From Eledone cirrhosa (Eukaryota), in NCBI GenBank assembly GCA_964016885.1, contig OZ024746.1:87544001-87608000 (forward strand): a stretch of DNA of 64,000 nucleotides. The letters run 5' to 3'. This document shows, one piece after another, positions 13,123 to 27,034 of this stretch. Each line of letters opens with the position of its first letter. Within the stretch, counting starts at the first letter, position 1. The notes under the pieces were generated by a model. That model ran no database searches, was not told the origin of the DNA, and was given only the letters and a program-made list of their open reading frames with translations. A program made the position numbers and the translations under genes.

Positions 13123-14244
13123 CATATATATATATATATATATAATCAAGGTTTAGCAAATAAGAAAAAAGTTTTAAAATAATATATATATATATATATA
13201 TACACATAAACAAATATGAGTATTTCGTATATCTACCAATATTCGGTTTGTTTACGGAGAAATACATTCAAATAATTCCGCTATGCATTTGAAAACTGAT
13301 GATGCAGCGCCATCTAGCGGATTCCTGCAGAAGCAAATGGACATTTTTTCTGGCTCTGATCGTTATCAATGCACTGGTCTTTACCCTCTTTTCTACTGGA
13401 ATTTATTATAGGCCAAAAAATAGGTTTGACACCTATGTACATGGGCTGTATCCTCTCGTTTGCATATAAACCTTTTGGCTGGCTCAACCGGAAAATAGAA
13501 TTAGGGTGTTCGCACTAACATAGTTGTATATATAAAAGTATGACTAGTGTGTATATTTAGCGATATACGATATGTTAACGAATGAATATTTTGAAAGCCA
13601 TAAGCTATTAATTCGGAAACTGATGAATGCTTTCAAAATGATCTCTCATACTGTATCACGTATAACTTCAATTTCAATCACACTGATATAACCCCTCAGC
13701 TTCGAATATATAAATAACAATTAGATTCGCGGTATGAATGGGTACATGCAGTTTAATAAATTCATTGTAAATGGATTAATTTTGAAGGAAGCAGTGAATA
13801 CGAGGCTATACTTAATTGAAATAAACAGTGCAAAGAAACTGTCACTATAATAACGCAAGGAACTTCCGATGGACATATTCATGTTGATGCTGCTTGTAAC
13901 ATATGACGAATCTTTCCTTAACTCTTACAATAAGACATTCTAATCTTTTGTTATGCCCCGCAGATTAATAATATATGCTCCGTTTCTAGACATTTAAATC
14001 ACAATTTCAATATTTCAAGCATCGTCCTCTGTAACTTCTTTCATTTGAATAAGTAAGGGTTTGCGCAAAGAAAACTAAGTGGAATACTTTAGATGAATTC
14101 CTATCGTATTGTTATATGTTTAGCAGTGTTTAGCTCAATGAACATGACAATACGAAGGCATTAACATTTCATATTAGCCCATTGAGAAAGACCAATTTCT
14201 ACTTGCCAGAACAGCGTTAAAACCAACTATATATATAGTCGATT

Positions 14245-14339
<95 letters not shown>

Positions 14340-14357
14340 AACAATACAATATAATTA

Positions 14358-14425
14358 CCTCATTACCAGAGGTTTCCCGAATAAGACGAATTCCAGAAAC
14401 GTCCCCATTTGTTCGTCAGACAAGG
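14358..14425 (-). ncRNA. Type I hammerhead in the Naiad pLTR
   Basis: CCTTGT-CTGACGA-stem II (aaatggggacg/cgtcttatt)-GAAA-CC TCT GG-TA-ATGAGG. Confidence 0.85.
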
Positions 14426-14466
14426 CAATTTAAAACTTAGTGAAATATTTGAAAAATCTCCTCAAG

Positions 14467-14930
14467 AAAGGCAAACAATCTTATATCCTCAATAAGAAAA
14501 TACCCAGAGAACATGAAAATTGCTCCTGTAGAGTCAAAAATGTATGCCCATTACAAGGTAAATGCAACGCCAAAGCCATTTTATATGCGGCTAAAGTGAC
14601 AACCACCAGCAACAACCTACCAGCCACCAGCGAACGATATGTGGGTATGACACAAGACAAATTCAAAATGCGTTATTACTCACATGTCGCATATCTCCGA
14701 CATCCTGAAAAAAGAGTTACAACAGCTCTGGCTAACAGAATATGGGATTTGAAAGACCAAGGTATCCAATATAAATTAGATTGGTCAATTTTGAACCAAT
14801 CTAAAGAATTATGCAAGAGGAACAAGAAGATGAGCACTCTGAATAAGTGAAAAATCTTGGATTTTACAGAACCTTAAATCACACAAAATCTGCCTAAATG
14901 CAAAAACAGAAATGTTCACCAGTTGCCCAC
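14467..14930 (+). pseudogene. GIY-YIG endonuclease domain (Naiad type) with +1 frameshift near 14804 and TGA codons at 14831 and 14840
   Basis: After the frameshift reads KNYARGTRR*AL*ISEKSWILQNLKSHKICLNAKTEMFTSCP. Confidence 0.85.
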
Positions 14931-16690
14931 CCACTTGCTTTCCAGCTCATATAAACTTACCTCACTTTCAGATAGTTATCCTCCATAAACTCTTGTTCTT
15001 CACTTTCCTTAAATTACCCTCTTTCCAGACTTCTCTTTCTGACTTAATTTTATTTTTATTTTGAACTTCATTTTTACTTCACATCCACTTGAGGAGATTT
15101 TTCAAATATTTCACTATGTGTTAAATTGCCTTGACTGACCTGGACCATCACGCGGAGATCGAATGCAACACATAACGCATATCGTATAGCATACGATATA
15201 CATCACATATAACGTACAGCATCCACGCTAGGTTTCTATAAATCCGAGATCGACTAATTCCGCTGGCAAGGGTCTGTAATATATATGTAGAGAAAGAGAG
15301 AGAAAGAGGGTGAGAGAGAGAGAGAGATGAGATGTTTTTTTTATTAAAAGTGTTTCTACGGGTCTAGACCTGTTTCATGCTTATGAAATCATCTGTCTCA
15401 TCATTCCTAATGGTTTCATAAGTATGTATAATTTCTTCCCCAATAACAGTAAATTTATTCATCGTACGTATGCACAATATAATATAAATTGTCAAATCAA
15501 GTACGTAAGCGTAATTTTATTTTATTGATGTCACATCTTGTTATTATACGCGACCATCCTAACTATATCAATTAAGAATAAACGCGATATAATATAAGCT
15601 ACGATAAATGTAAGAAATACATTTTACTCGAAACAGGCTCCAGTTAGAACCTCAGCAGACATGCTGTGCTGAATTAAAAAACATGTCTTATTTCAGCTCT
15701 GCGCCATATGCAGCGGAAGCTGGATGGCATCTTAAATATTTTCGATCACATTTTCCACAATATTTTCAGGTAAATAAAGTGTTTTCTACTAAATAGAATA
15801 ACCCACAAAATGAAAACAAATTCCATGGACATTTCCATGACAAATATATTTTCTTCACTTTACATATAATTTCATAATTGATACCCAATTTGAAAAATCC
15901 ATACTCTCATATTTACTGTCTGAAATCCAATGTCTACGTTATTTGTGTTAGCATTTTAGATAGAGTATTATATATGATGGTATAAAATGCAAACCAAAAT
16001 TCCGCTATTCATTAGATCCAGTAGAATAGAATGTCCTTCATCTTTAAAGTAATAACATCTAGTATAGTCAGCTTTGTAATATTTTATGAGTGAGCAATAT
16101 GTTAATTGAGCTTAGTACTATGTTATTTCAGTTGGTGCAGTTTATGATAATGATGTGACATACAGTTGATAATGCTGATAATGTTGATGGGGATGTTCGC
16201 TTGGGTGTTATAATTATTATGTTGATGTTGATGACTCCTAGGATAGTGACTGTGATGATGATTATGATGACTGATTTAACGAAGATGAAAAAAGTAGTAA
16301 TAATGGTGGTGTTGGTGGTGGTGATGGTAGTTTAAAAGAAGAGGACATGTGTAAGAAATCATTTTATTGAAATAAAATTTAACGCTTCACATTAATAATA
16401 TACGTGTATAGTTTGCAGCAAATTATTAAGGTTCCTTTGGTTAGATGGTGTTTCGGAATAATGAAATGCAGATAGGTGTTAAACTTCTGCACGGAGCACC
16501 TTAAATCTGGCAATCATCCCAATGTGAAATAAGCATCCAATTGGCCTTGAGAGACGAAATTAACGCATGTTGATCTATGCAATATTTAATATCGAAATTT
16601 ATGCCGGAATGATTTTGAGAATGCTGGTTTGTATCCAAGCAAAGTTTATCTAAGCGGAATACGCGCATGTCAGCATAGTCACACACATAT

Positions 16691-16735
<45 letters not shown>

Positions 16736-16763
16736 GCATATATATGTGTGTTACAGACTAAAG

Positions 16764-16794
<31 letters not shown>

Positions 16795-16801
16795 TATGTT
16801 C

Positions 16802-16846
<45 letters not shown>

Positions 16847-17214
16847 ATGTTGTCTGTATGAATACATACATATATAGTCATAAATAAATATTACAACATA
16901 TTGATATGCGGTCGGGGCGAATGTAATCAAAATGTTTGTGAACTCCAACTGAGATATCTGGTTATGATATCCATATTGATCTATTTCCAATGTACTGTAC
17001 TATCAGCTATGTTGAATGCCATATGTAAATTACCGGCAGATATATATTCTCAGTACACTGCACTAAATGAAATGCTATAGTAAATGAATGTACACTTAAT
17101 TATAACGAGGAAATATATTTAATGCTATGTGCAAAATGATTAACGATGAAAAAATAGGCGCATTCAATCCTAGAAGTGTAGTGAAAAGAAAATGAAACTA
17201 AAGGGGAATTAAGT

Positions 17215-17215
17215 T

Positions 17216-17260
<45 letters not shown>
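17215..17260. repeat. (CTA)n microsatellite at the RTE 3' end
   Basis: Direct reading. Confidence 0.95.
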
Positions 17261-17289
17261 ATCCTTCTTTTTCTTCTTCTTACATATAT

Positions 17290-17840
17290 TCCTGTGAAGG
17301 GTGCGTTGGAAGAGTTTCGAAACGCACTGTCCAGCGATCACAGAAAGAAGCAACCATTTTCACGTGCTACGACTGGGTTACCAAGTGAGGAGAGCCAAAC
17401 TCATGAATGTTATCCAACTTGCTCGAGATCTAACGCTGGTTCAACCTCAATTTGTTTTGACAGTAAATCTGTCCAGCGATTATTTTCTGAGACATATTAA
17501 CCACTAGTCCATAGTACCGGAGTTGTGATCTCTCATTTCGGAGATGTAGTGGCTTATCCAGGAGTAACTTCGATCTACGCACTCTATCGATTATCATTAC
17601 CCCAAAGCCCCTTCGGAGGAACCCCATTTCGACCGCTTGCACTCGCGATCGTACTCTTTCGGTCATTGCACAAAATTCACGACCATAGATAAGGGTTGGA
17701 ACGAATACCAAATTGAAGACAGGGAGTTTGGCTTATTCACGCACCTCCCTTTATCTGATTACCCTATGCTGAAGCTGCCACTTTAGTGCATCAGCTCCTG
17801 CAACTCTTGCAGCTACTTCAGCTTTCTGCCGCCTATCTAT
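17290..17840 (-). mobile_element. RTE-clade LINE 3' fragment
   Basis: VFVPTLIYGREFCAMTERVRSRVQAVEMGFLRR...ERSQLRYYG; related remnant at ~18350-18480. Confidence 0.85.
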
Positions 17841-17963
17841 TGAAATCAAATACAATGCCAAAATGTGTCAATAGCCAAAGGAATTAACATTTGAAATATT
17901 TAAATACAGTATAGATCTGGGTTTCATTTTACACTTTTCGTTTACTATATGATTACATTTTGC

Positions 17964-18000
<37 letters not shown>

Positions 18001-19035
18001 TTAAAATAATACATTAAAGTTTAAGCAAAGAATCGCTGCTTTCACCAATAAAAGGAAACATCTGAAATTAAAAAAGTCAATCTGTGAACGCAGAAGTAAA
18101 TATATCAAAAACAGTTGCAACCGAAGGAATACAGGAAGACGATAATTTGGTTCATGGAAACGATCCCTGGCAAAGAACGAAATAAACGAAGATAATACGT
18201 CATTATTTGGTGCGGTGAAAACATATATATATAGGGTGGGGGATAGATGAATGTATCACAAATCAGGCTGATGTAAGTGAATGAAATGAATAAGATGTTG
18301 CAGCAATAGGCCTTATTCAGCATTCGTTAATGAAAAGAATAGCTAATGTTCGTAATGAATACCAAATTGAAGATAGCGTAAGTGGCTTTCACACCTGCCT
18401 CCTTCTGGTGTCTGAAAGCTAAAGCTGATGCATCACTGCAGAAGCTACTTGAATTGTGGCACTTAATTCAGCCTATAGTCTTCCATCACATCTCATCCCT
18501 GATTTTCATACCTGGCTTGTAGGAAACACAACTTGTGCTTGTCGCAGATCGCTTTCTGAGTTAAGTAATACCACATCGGCACAAATCTCACCCAATAGAT
18601 TTCATTAACGAGGAATCCGCATTTCATATCTCTTCTCTCAGCACAAACTTCATGAAGCAAATACGCCCACTTAATTGGACCCAGCCCATAAGCCATTCTG
18701 ATAGGCGGAGGCTTGTGACTACCCACCTTCAAGCTTGTCCAGTCTATTCTGACGCAACGCATGAATACTGAATAGTTGAATTTCTAACTTTCATCAAAAT
18801 CTACAGTAACAGAGCCACGCAGCTTTATTGGGGAACAGTCGACTGAATCTAGCCGGTAGCATCTGACCACCTCTAATAATTGATGTTACACGGAAGGAAC
18901 ATCAATTGTAAGGATTGTAACGATTCATTTACCAATTGTAGCCGTTTTCTCGCTTCCAGGACCTCCCACAACGCCTACAATATTAGAAGCACAAAAACCA
19001 AAGGCAAAACTCCATATACAGGGATATATATATAT

Positions 19036-19226
19036 CAGAGCAAACAGCACGAACACTCTATCTCAAAATTATTTTTGAAAAGCATTTAGAAATGCGCAAC
19101 CGGTAAAAACTTAAAAACTTAAAACCACAACTGAATACTAACCCATACACTCACTAATACTCTTTTATTCCTAATTAAACCATTTTTCAACTGTGAACAA
19201 TTTGTCAGCATTTTCTATTCCGTTTA

Positions 19227-19231
<5 letters not shown>
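19036..19231 (+). mobile_element. Solo pLTR of the Neptune-type family H with variant hammerhead (19070-19109)
   Basis: Reverse complement of 34152-34340; flanked by TA; tattt-TTGAAAA-GCATTT ag AAATGC-GCAA-CCGG-TA-aaaa. Confidence 0.8.
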
Positions 19232-19289
<58 letters not shown>

Positions 19290-19949
19290 GTAGAGAGCGA
19301 GAGAGAGATAGTGGGTAGATCAAAAACAAATTAACAAACCAGGCTACAAGACATGTGTTTCTCCCAGAGTAGTCTTCAACTCCTGTATGTATGGTTATGG
19401 CGAAATCAGAAGTATTTATGAGCTTGCTGGGTTCTGCCCAGATTTTGGACATTGTTCCTGTAAACTCTGTGACAAGGGAGCTAACTCAAGTAATACTGTT
19501 GTGGTGGGTGCAACCTATGAAGAACCATCTCTTTGGTAGTTCAGCCTGTGTTAATCTGCTGTTTATCCTGGCTCATTCCACTTACGCAATATAAATTAGG
19601 CTGTAAGGGAGCAGCGAGCAAGCTTATGGGTTCACCTGTTGCTGTAAGTACTGTTATGCAACCTCTGCAACTATTTGTTATTTCCTCTCTGTGAAACATG
19701 GAGGACTTCGTATGGTTTTGATTAACTGATCAAGAATTTCGATTAGATAAAGAATATCCAGCAAACATGATTGAGTGGCTATACGTGGTTTGCCAGCTTC
19801 GTGGACTATCGCTAACCTGAGTGACTTAAGGTCGTCTAGTTGTTAGAGAAGCCTGCACGAAACTGCCCCTCCGGCATACCAATATATGTCGTGATCTCCT
19901 GCTTTTAATTCTATCGGTGGATGTGAACTTCAGCCTCGTAGATGACTGC

Positions 19950-20660
19950 ATATGCGTTACAGACTTGTCGTAGTGGGTGCAATTTCGGTTTTCTACACGA
20001 GCATCCGGATGGAGGAACACTCTTGGAATTTCTGGAGACATTTGGTCTCATATTTTTGCAGAGGAATATCCGAATTTTATATTGTGTTTGTTAAAGCTAC
20101 ATTTATTTAAGTATCTATGCCATATAGGGAAGTGCGTGTTACGCGTGCTCAGAATTTCGTACCTACATTAGTTCTAACTCCCAGCTACAAGGATGGGAAG
20201 AACCATAATATTTGTATACCTATGTTCTTCCTAATTCTATGGTGGGGAGTAAGTTATTTTATTGGAGTGTCCGCTAATGGCTAATGTGGTGTTGTAGTAA
20301 ACTGATGCTCTATCAAAGATGGCCTTGCTAGAATAAATATGTGAGAACCTAGTGCTGCTGTTTTTGACGAAGTTTTCAAAGATGGTCGGCGCGTTGCCTG
20401 AGTCCATGTGTGTGTAATTCAATATTTATTTGGATTTCTGGAAATGTCTAAATATGTTTGCGTGAATGTCTAGTTTGAAGACTAAGTATTTTACGCTAGT
20501 GAGGTTGGATGCTATTGTAATCGTAATTCCAACTCGTTAAACGTTACTATGAGGTTATTCTTAAATTGGATAACGGCGTGGTCGCTCATTTGTTTCGATA
20601 GGGTTATACCTTCTTAACGATATTATCCCGTTTTCAAGTCCGAGAATTTGATGCGCAAAC
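19950..20660 (-). mobile_element. Highly decayed Naiad-type Penelope RT/thumb fragment (boundaries uncertain)
   Basis: NYTHMDSGNAPTIFENFVKNSSTRFSHIYSSKAIFDRASVYYNTTLAISG parallels 61192 ORF (YINFNSNHPLSMIKSVPRSISLTLSRLS); downstream FNKHNIKFGYSS parallels LNCKTIKLSYST. Confidence 0.7.
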
Positions 20661-21255
20661 AAATTTGAACATGCGTATACAAATCTGACACATTAATACT
20701 ATCGAATGATTACATTGAATCATACATATTCTATTTATAATAATTATAGTTTCAAATTAATAAAATTCGTGGATGCTTTTCGTCTAATATTACCGATGAG
20801 GACTTTACGAAAATATAAATTTACACCGAAGAAATAAAAAGCTACGGAGATGGCATTACATTACGTCAGGCCAATTTATATGGAGGTATTATTTACGTAT
20901 ATTTACATTATTAGTTCAATTCTTCTCACAGCCGCCGAGTAAATAACATATACACACTCGATGCAATACTCGGGTTTTTTTATTTAATATTCATATATAT
21001 AAGTTGGGGGTCCCGGTGATCAAATTAAAATTCAAGTACTAAGCTAAGATAAAATCATTATATGCGCAAACTAATTCATTTATATTCGGCTCCGTGTATA
21101 TACAGATCTCTTCTTCGATGCATCTTCTTGAAGTATACGTATCTCAGATGGAGTTAATTGCGACGAGATAACGGTTGGAAAATAATATATTTTTATAAAA
21201 TAAGTCCTAGGTAATAGAAAAGTTGGAAAATATTAGTATATATATATATTATTAT

Positions 21256-21385
<130 letters not shown>

Positions 21386-21747
21386 GCAGTATAGTGATAT
21401 CAGTATAATTATTCATCAGCTGCATCATTAAGATTACCAACACTAAGAACTGAAAGTAAATTATAGTTGTGTGTAGTATCGAAAATATATTAAAAATACA
21501 CAAATGGTGGTGATAATATATATCTTTTTTTATCTATGAAAGTTATTAAAATCTATGTGCATAAAACCTCCATCAATAAATATCCGTAAAAATGATAAAT
21601 TTTATTGAACTTAATGGAATGCATCTGATTTGTAGAAGTGTATATATTTTGGGGGAGAAGTGAATTAAGTTCAGGTGTTACGTTGACTGATTAATGATTA
21701 TCCTGGTAGCAATTTAAAATTAATCTCTGACGCGAGAAATATATATT

Positions 21748-21782
<35 letters not shown>

Positions 21783-21868
21783 GTAGGAGGTGAGTTTTAT
21801 TGTAGTACAATAAAGCAATGCAGATATCGGATAAGAAGCACTCTACAGTTTGTAGGACTGGAGTATAC

Positions 21869-22212
<344 letters not shown>

Positions 22213-22751
22213 CCATGTGAGTGTTTGGGTGTACCTTCATTAAGTAAGGGAGATAGGAAAAACAATAATTAAATTCACAGATAAATTTAATATAAGCAAT
22301 AAACGACAAGAAATATTCATGATTGGGAATAAGAATAATTTCTAATTTCTTACGGCTTCATTTATATTTTGATCATGCCCCTTACATTACTGCAGGCAAA
22401 TTATATTTCAGTGTTCGATAAATTTAACAAAACATAAGAGAAATAGATTATATGTTTCTTACATTCCATATACTAAATTATAAGACGAAGCATAGTTGCT
22501 CACACATAGAATTGCAATTGCACATACATACGTGCGACTTCACACACGGACGAAAGCATATACGCACACAAACAAATATCCATATGCTATTTTGACATTG
22601 ACTGGACAGCTTTCTGTAATAGTAACGCATTTAAACTGTATAAATATGATACTAGGTCGATTAAGGTAAGCAGTACTGCTCATTTACCATATATACAATA
22701 CGTTTGAAACCAAATACGAAGGTTGTCTGAACAGAACTACGACTGGTGTCG

Positions 22752-22825
<74 letters not shown>

Positions 22826-23034
22826 AGTCCAAAACACAACTTCAAATATTCCACTTCAGAATAACAACCTTTCCAGTCTAACGCACTTTCACTCCTTCCC
22901 CATCACACTTACATGCAGATGCAGTTCTGCAAGTATCCTCCAAAAATTCTCCACTCCTGCATCGACATTGTCTCAACGATGAGTTGATTTTGAGTAGCCA
23001 GGACTTATCACTGCTGATTATTACTCCCAGCAAG

Positions 23035-23233
23035 GGAGGTTGATTGGCAGTATCGCTTGAGAGTCGGACGCCATGCTTTGCAGCATAGAGTTACGGCCCT
23101 TATGATCTGAGTTCAAATTCCGCCGAGGTTAACTTTGCCTTTGATCCTTACGGGGTCGATAAAATAAAGTACCACTGGGGTCGATTTAATCGATTTTCCA
23201 AAGATTGCTGGCCTTGAGCCTATATAAGAAACC
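23035..23233 (+). mobile_element. Full-length MetaSINE-type SINE with 18-bp TSD
   Basis: A/B boxes and core; TSD ATTATTACTCCCAGCAAG on both sides. Confidence 0.92.
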
Positions 23234-23279
23234 ATTATTACTCCCAGCAAGTCTGTTACGGTTATAAGACGCATGAGAA

Positions 23280-23720
23280 TGTATTGACACACCTACACGC
23301 ACCGGAATTTCTGGTCATCTTTCAGCAGTTTCGGTACCAAATTCGATTAGATATTTCACATACCGAAATTCTCGGTGATAATCTTGCAAAAGCTCTCGTG
23401 GTTCCCTCGCGATGAATCAAACATTCAGCAAACGCCCACCAGGGACGAACCCTTTATGGGCTTACCGTAACGCTGGATTCAGTCATGCTCTTTCTAGACC
23501 TCCCACTCCTCGGGTTATCATCCACCTTTTGTAGCACTCGGAAACACATGAGCGCGACATCACCCCCCTCTACGTAGATTTGCTGAAGTATTCCGAATGC
23601 TTCTGACGGAGTATTCTCGAGCAAGACCAAATACTTGTGATTGGTTTGTTCGTATATGCCCATCATTCAACGGCCTAGAAGCTGATAACCAAAGAACAAT
23701 AAAAAAAAACATACAATATC
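23280..23720 (-). mobile_element. Mariner/Tc1 transposase N-terminal remnant
   Basis: LENTPSEAFGILQQIY...VDDNPRSGR resembles the mariner HTH region and D-x-PRSGRP linker. Confidence 0.65.
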
Positions 23721-23848
23721 TGCAGTGTGCTCTTATCGCAGTTAGTCCTGTTACGTTTCTGACACACCACGTATATATATGTATGTATATGCTTCGTTTT
23801 TAAATTTGTTTTGCAAGATTTCCTATCTGAAAATGTCTGTTGAAACAG

Positions 23849-24221
23849 ATATTGTTATACGTTGGGAGGGACATGTTGCCAATAAAACACGCGCGCCTGC
23901 TGATTTTCACTTCAATTTATTATAAATTAGCAGTCGGTTGTTTCGATAACCGGATGGTTGTTTATACATTATCAAATATCGTTCAACACACAAAAAAACA
24001 TGATGGTTTACGACAGAATAAAGGAGAGACACAAAATAAAAAGCCAGTTAACGAGGCGATGACAGACTCTGTGATGAAAAAGCTTTTACATTATATAAAC
24101 AACCATCCGCTTATGGAACCAACCAACCATCCAAACGGAAATTTATAATAAATTGAAGTCAAAAACAATAGGTGCGGTGGTTTTAATTGCATCATAACCC
24201 TTCCAAAGGATAACAATATAT
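23849..24221. mobile_element. Diverged inverted-repeat element (~120-bp arms); same terminus family as the palindrome at 58268-58368
   Basis: ATATTGTTATAC.TTGGGAGGG.CATGTTGCCAATAA terminus; inverted copy 24088-24221. Confidence 0.7.
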
Positions 24222-24447
24222 ATATTTATATATGTGTGTGAGGGTGTGTGTATAAAAACAAACATTAAGTCCAGAGATAACACCGTAATTATAAAATGTG
24301 ACACCATGAAAACCGACAGAAAGCTCGAAATATACATACAAACAAATTACACTGGATACAGAAAGCATTTTTCATATCTTGACCATCTCTGATTTTTTAA
24401 AATAGATACAATCGATACAATCTCAGATAAGTTTCTGGAACTCCTGG

Positions 24448-24511
<64 letters not shown>

Positions 24512-24512
24512 A

Positions 24513-25030
24513 AGAATTAGTATATCTACCAACATATATATATACTGATGCATACCTATGATAGCAAATATATAGGTTTTGTCTTAGTAACTTTGTGGTT
24601 CAATGTAAGGGGATGCAGAACAATTATATGAAAGACGTAAAATAAGAAAATTATAAAAATTAACTTACTTGCTAAAATTACACTCCAACTAATTAGTTTC
24701 TGAAAGGGAATAAATATGGTTTCCAAATGGAAAGCATGGAGAAGCTGGTTAATTTTATTGGTTAATTGTATAAGTGTACACAGGAAGTTGTAAAGGGGGT
24801 TAATAACAAAGGGAGGTAATTAATGTTGTTGATATATTAAGGGTTGTTATAATAGTGTGGTAGTGTTATAAATTAACCTATATAGAGTATATAAAATATA
24901 AAATATTCTTGGTTATATAATTGCTATCTTTTAAACTTGTGTGGAGGGGGTTAAATACATTTTTTTAAATTTAGCTTATTTTAACTAGATAGTTTTTACA
25001 TAGTTAGTATATGCATGTATAATATAACAT
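24513..25030 (-). mobile_element. Family C element (hammerhead 3' half near 24683-24701)
   Basis: Near identity to 7960-8160. Confidence 0.75.
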
Positions 25031-25114
25031 GTGTGATAATGTATAAACGTATACACACACACACATATACACACATACACACACACACACACACTCTCAC
25101 ACACACACACACAC

Positions 25115-25162
<48 letters not shown>

Positions 25163-25249
25163 ATATATATAGTAATAATAATTTAATCTGTTATTTTAAT
25201 AGATATATATATATATATATATATTTAATAAACTTTAATCTGTTATTTT

Positions 25250-25326
<77 letters not shown>

Positions 25327-25341
25327 TATTTATACATGCAA

Positions 25342-25372
<31 letters not shown>

Positions 25373-25726
25373 TTTATACATGCAAACATACTGATTATGT
25401 AGAGATAATTGAAGTTTTTCATGACAGGATAGTGAGTTGCATAATATATACTGGAGTAATTGAAGCTATATATACAGTTGTCTGCTATGTAGTTGGTGTT
25501 GTATATTTGGAATTTATTAGGGTGTCTATATTATTTAAATTTTTTACTTGAATAAGGTAATAGATCAAATAAGAGTTTATTGACTGCATGTATGTCTGTG
25601 TGGTCTTTTAATTAAGGTGTAGTGCTTTATTCATGAAGGTCTAGTTGGATAGATGAGGTCTAGTTGGATAAATGAATGTCTAATTGGATAAATTACAAGG
25701 TGGCGTTATATATATATATATATATA

Positions 25727-25892
25727 TTAGAAAGTGAGGGGTTTTTTTTAAATAAGAAAACGAGGCGTCCAACACGAGTGAAAGTATAAGGAAAACATAT
25801 AAAATCGAAAATTTATTTGGTTCCTTTACAGGTTTCGCCGTTCTTGTGCTTTTCAAAAGTAGAGTTGAAATGGAGCGTTTGTGGTTTTTCTC
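25727..25892 (-). mobile_element. Family G element with U3-A8 hammerhead (25823-25860); homolog 50494-50690
   Basis: actt-TTGAAAA-GC acaagaacg GC-GAAA-CCTG-TA-aagg. Confidence 0.75.
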
Positions 25893-25947
25893 ACACACAC
25901 ACACACACACAGGCACACACACACACACACACACGCACACACGCGCA

Positions 25948-26010
<63 letters not shown>

Positions 26011-26898
26011 CTATATATATATATATATAACGAGTGATGATTGAAAAAATCAGTTATCAGATGAGAGTATTGATGCTATCAATTTATTCTATTTCTTAAA
26101 TTGTCCGTTCCTTTAACCTATTAATAAAATAACCCCAACCTAACATTATTTCCTATACACGTATGCAGTGTGTTTAATTCATGAAAACTAAACTGAAAGT
26201 TGGCAACGTTGTGATCTTCAGAAGACAACACTGCGATCATGATGATTTCAGCTGAATTACTTTGGGTGGAATTTGGTAAAATTTCTTTTACTTTAGCTTC
26301 AAACCAAACCCAGCCTTGAGTGGGACATATGGTAAAAGAAGCTGGGGAAATTCGATATATGGACTGCATATTTACGCATAATGTTTAGTGTTTTTACATC
26401 ATATATAACAATGATACTGACTTGACATTAGCTATGGGTTGATATTCTAGAGAACACTATATTATTTACAGTAGAACTGAATTACTACTTTAATTAATAA
26501 AGCTAGCGTACTCATCGTCAAAGCCAACAGAAATGGTTATACTTTTTAATAGTTCATTAATTCCTAAGTATTTGTAAGTTTGTAATTACTTTCTAGCTGT
26601 TTCTTTTTTATTGTGACAACAGTTTTAACAGTTTTCTCAAGCTTGCATTGCTTCATGTTTCTAGTATCAGGTTTAAATTATTTATTACCTACAATATATT
26701 TAATGTTTGAATTATTCTCGTTGTTTTCAACCTGCTGCGTTCGGCATTAGGCATTCCTATTACAACATATAGATGACGTCTACAAATAGATATTTGTGTC
26801 CGTGCTAAGTCAACAAAAGGGATAATTATAGAAAACAAATCTCATCAATATTAAATTATAATAATATAAGCAAATCTCATCATTATTAAATGATATTC

Positions 26899-27034
26899 AA
26901 AGAGTTAGGGCCCTTTATGGTCTTTGTTCAAATCCCGCCTAGGTTAACTCTGCCTTTCATCCTTACAGTCTCGACAAAATAAAGTACCATTAATACACTG
27001 GGATAAGTACTGGTCTTGTACCAAAATAGAAACA
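26899..27034 (+). mobile_element. 5'-truncated MetaSINE-type SINE with 17-bp TSD
   Basis: Core sequence; TSD ATTATTAAATGATATTC at 26882-26898 and 27035-27051. Confidence 0.85.

Larger units (their letters stand above)
14336..15139 (+). mobile_element. 5'-truncated Naiad-type Penelope-like element: inverted pLTR (14336-14466), GIY-YIG EN remnant, 3'UTR
   Basis: CSCRVKNVCPLQGKC...ILYAAKV...YVGMTQDKFKMRYYSH...WSIL; inverted repeat 14415-14466/15088-15139. Confidence 0.9.
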
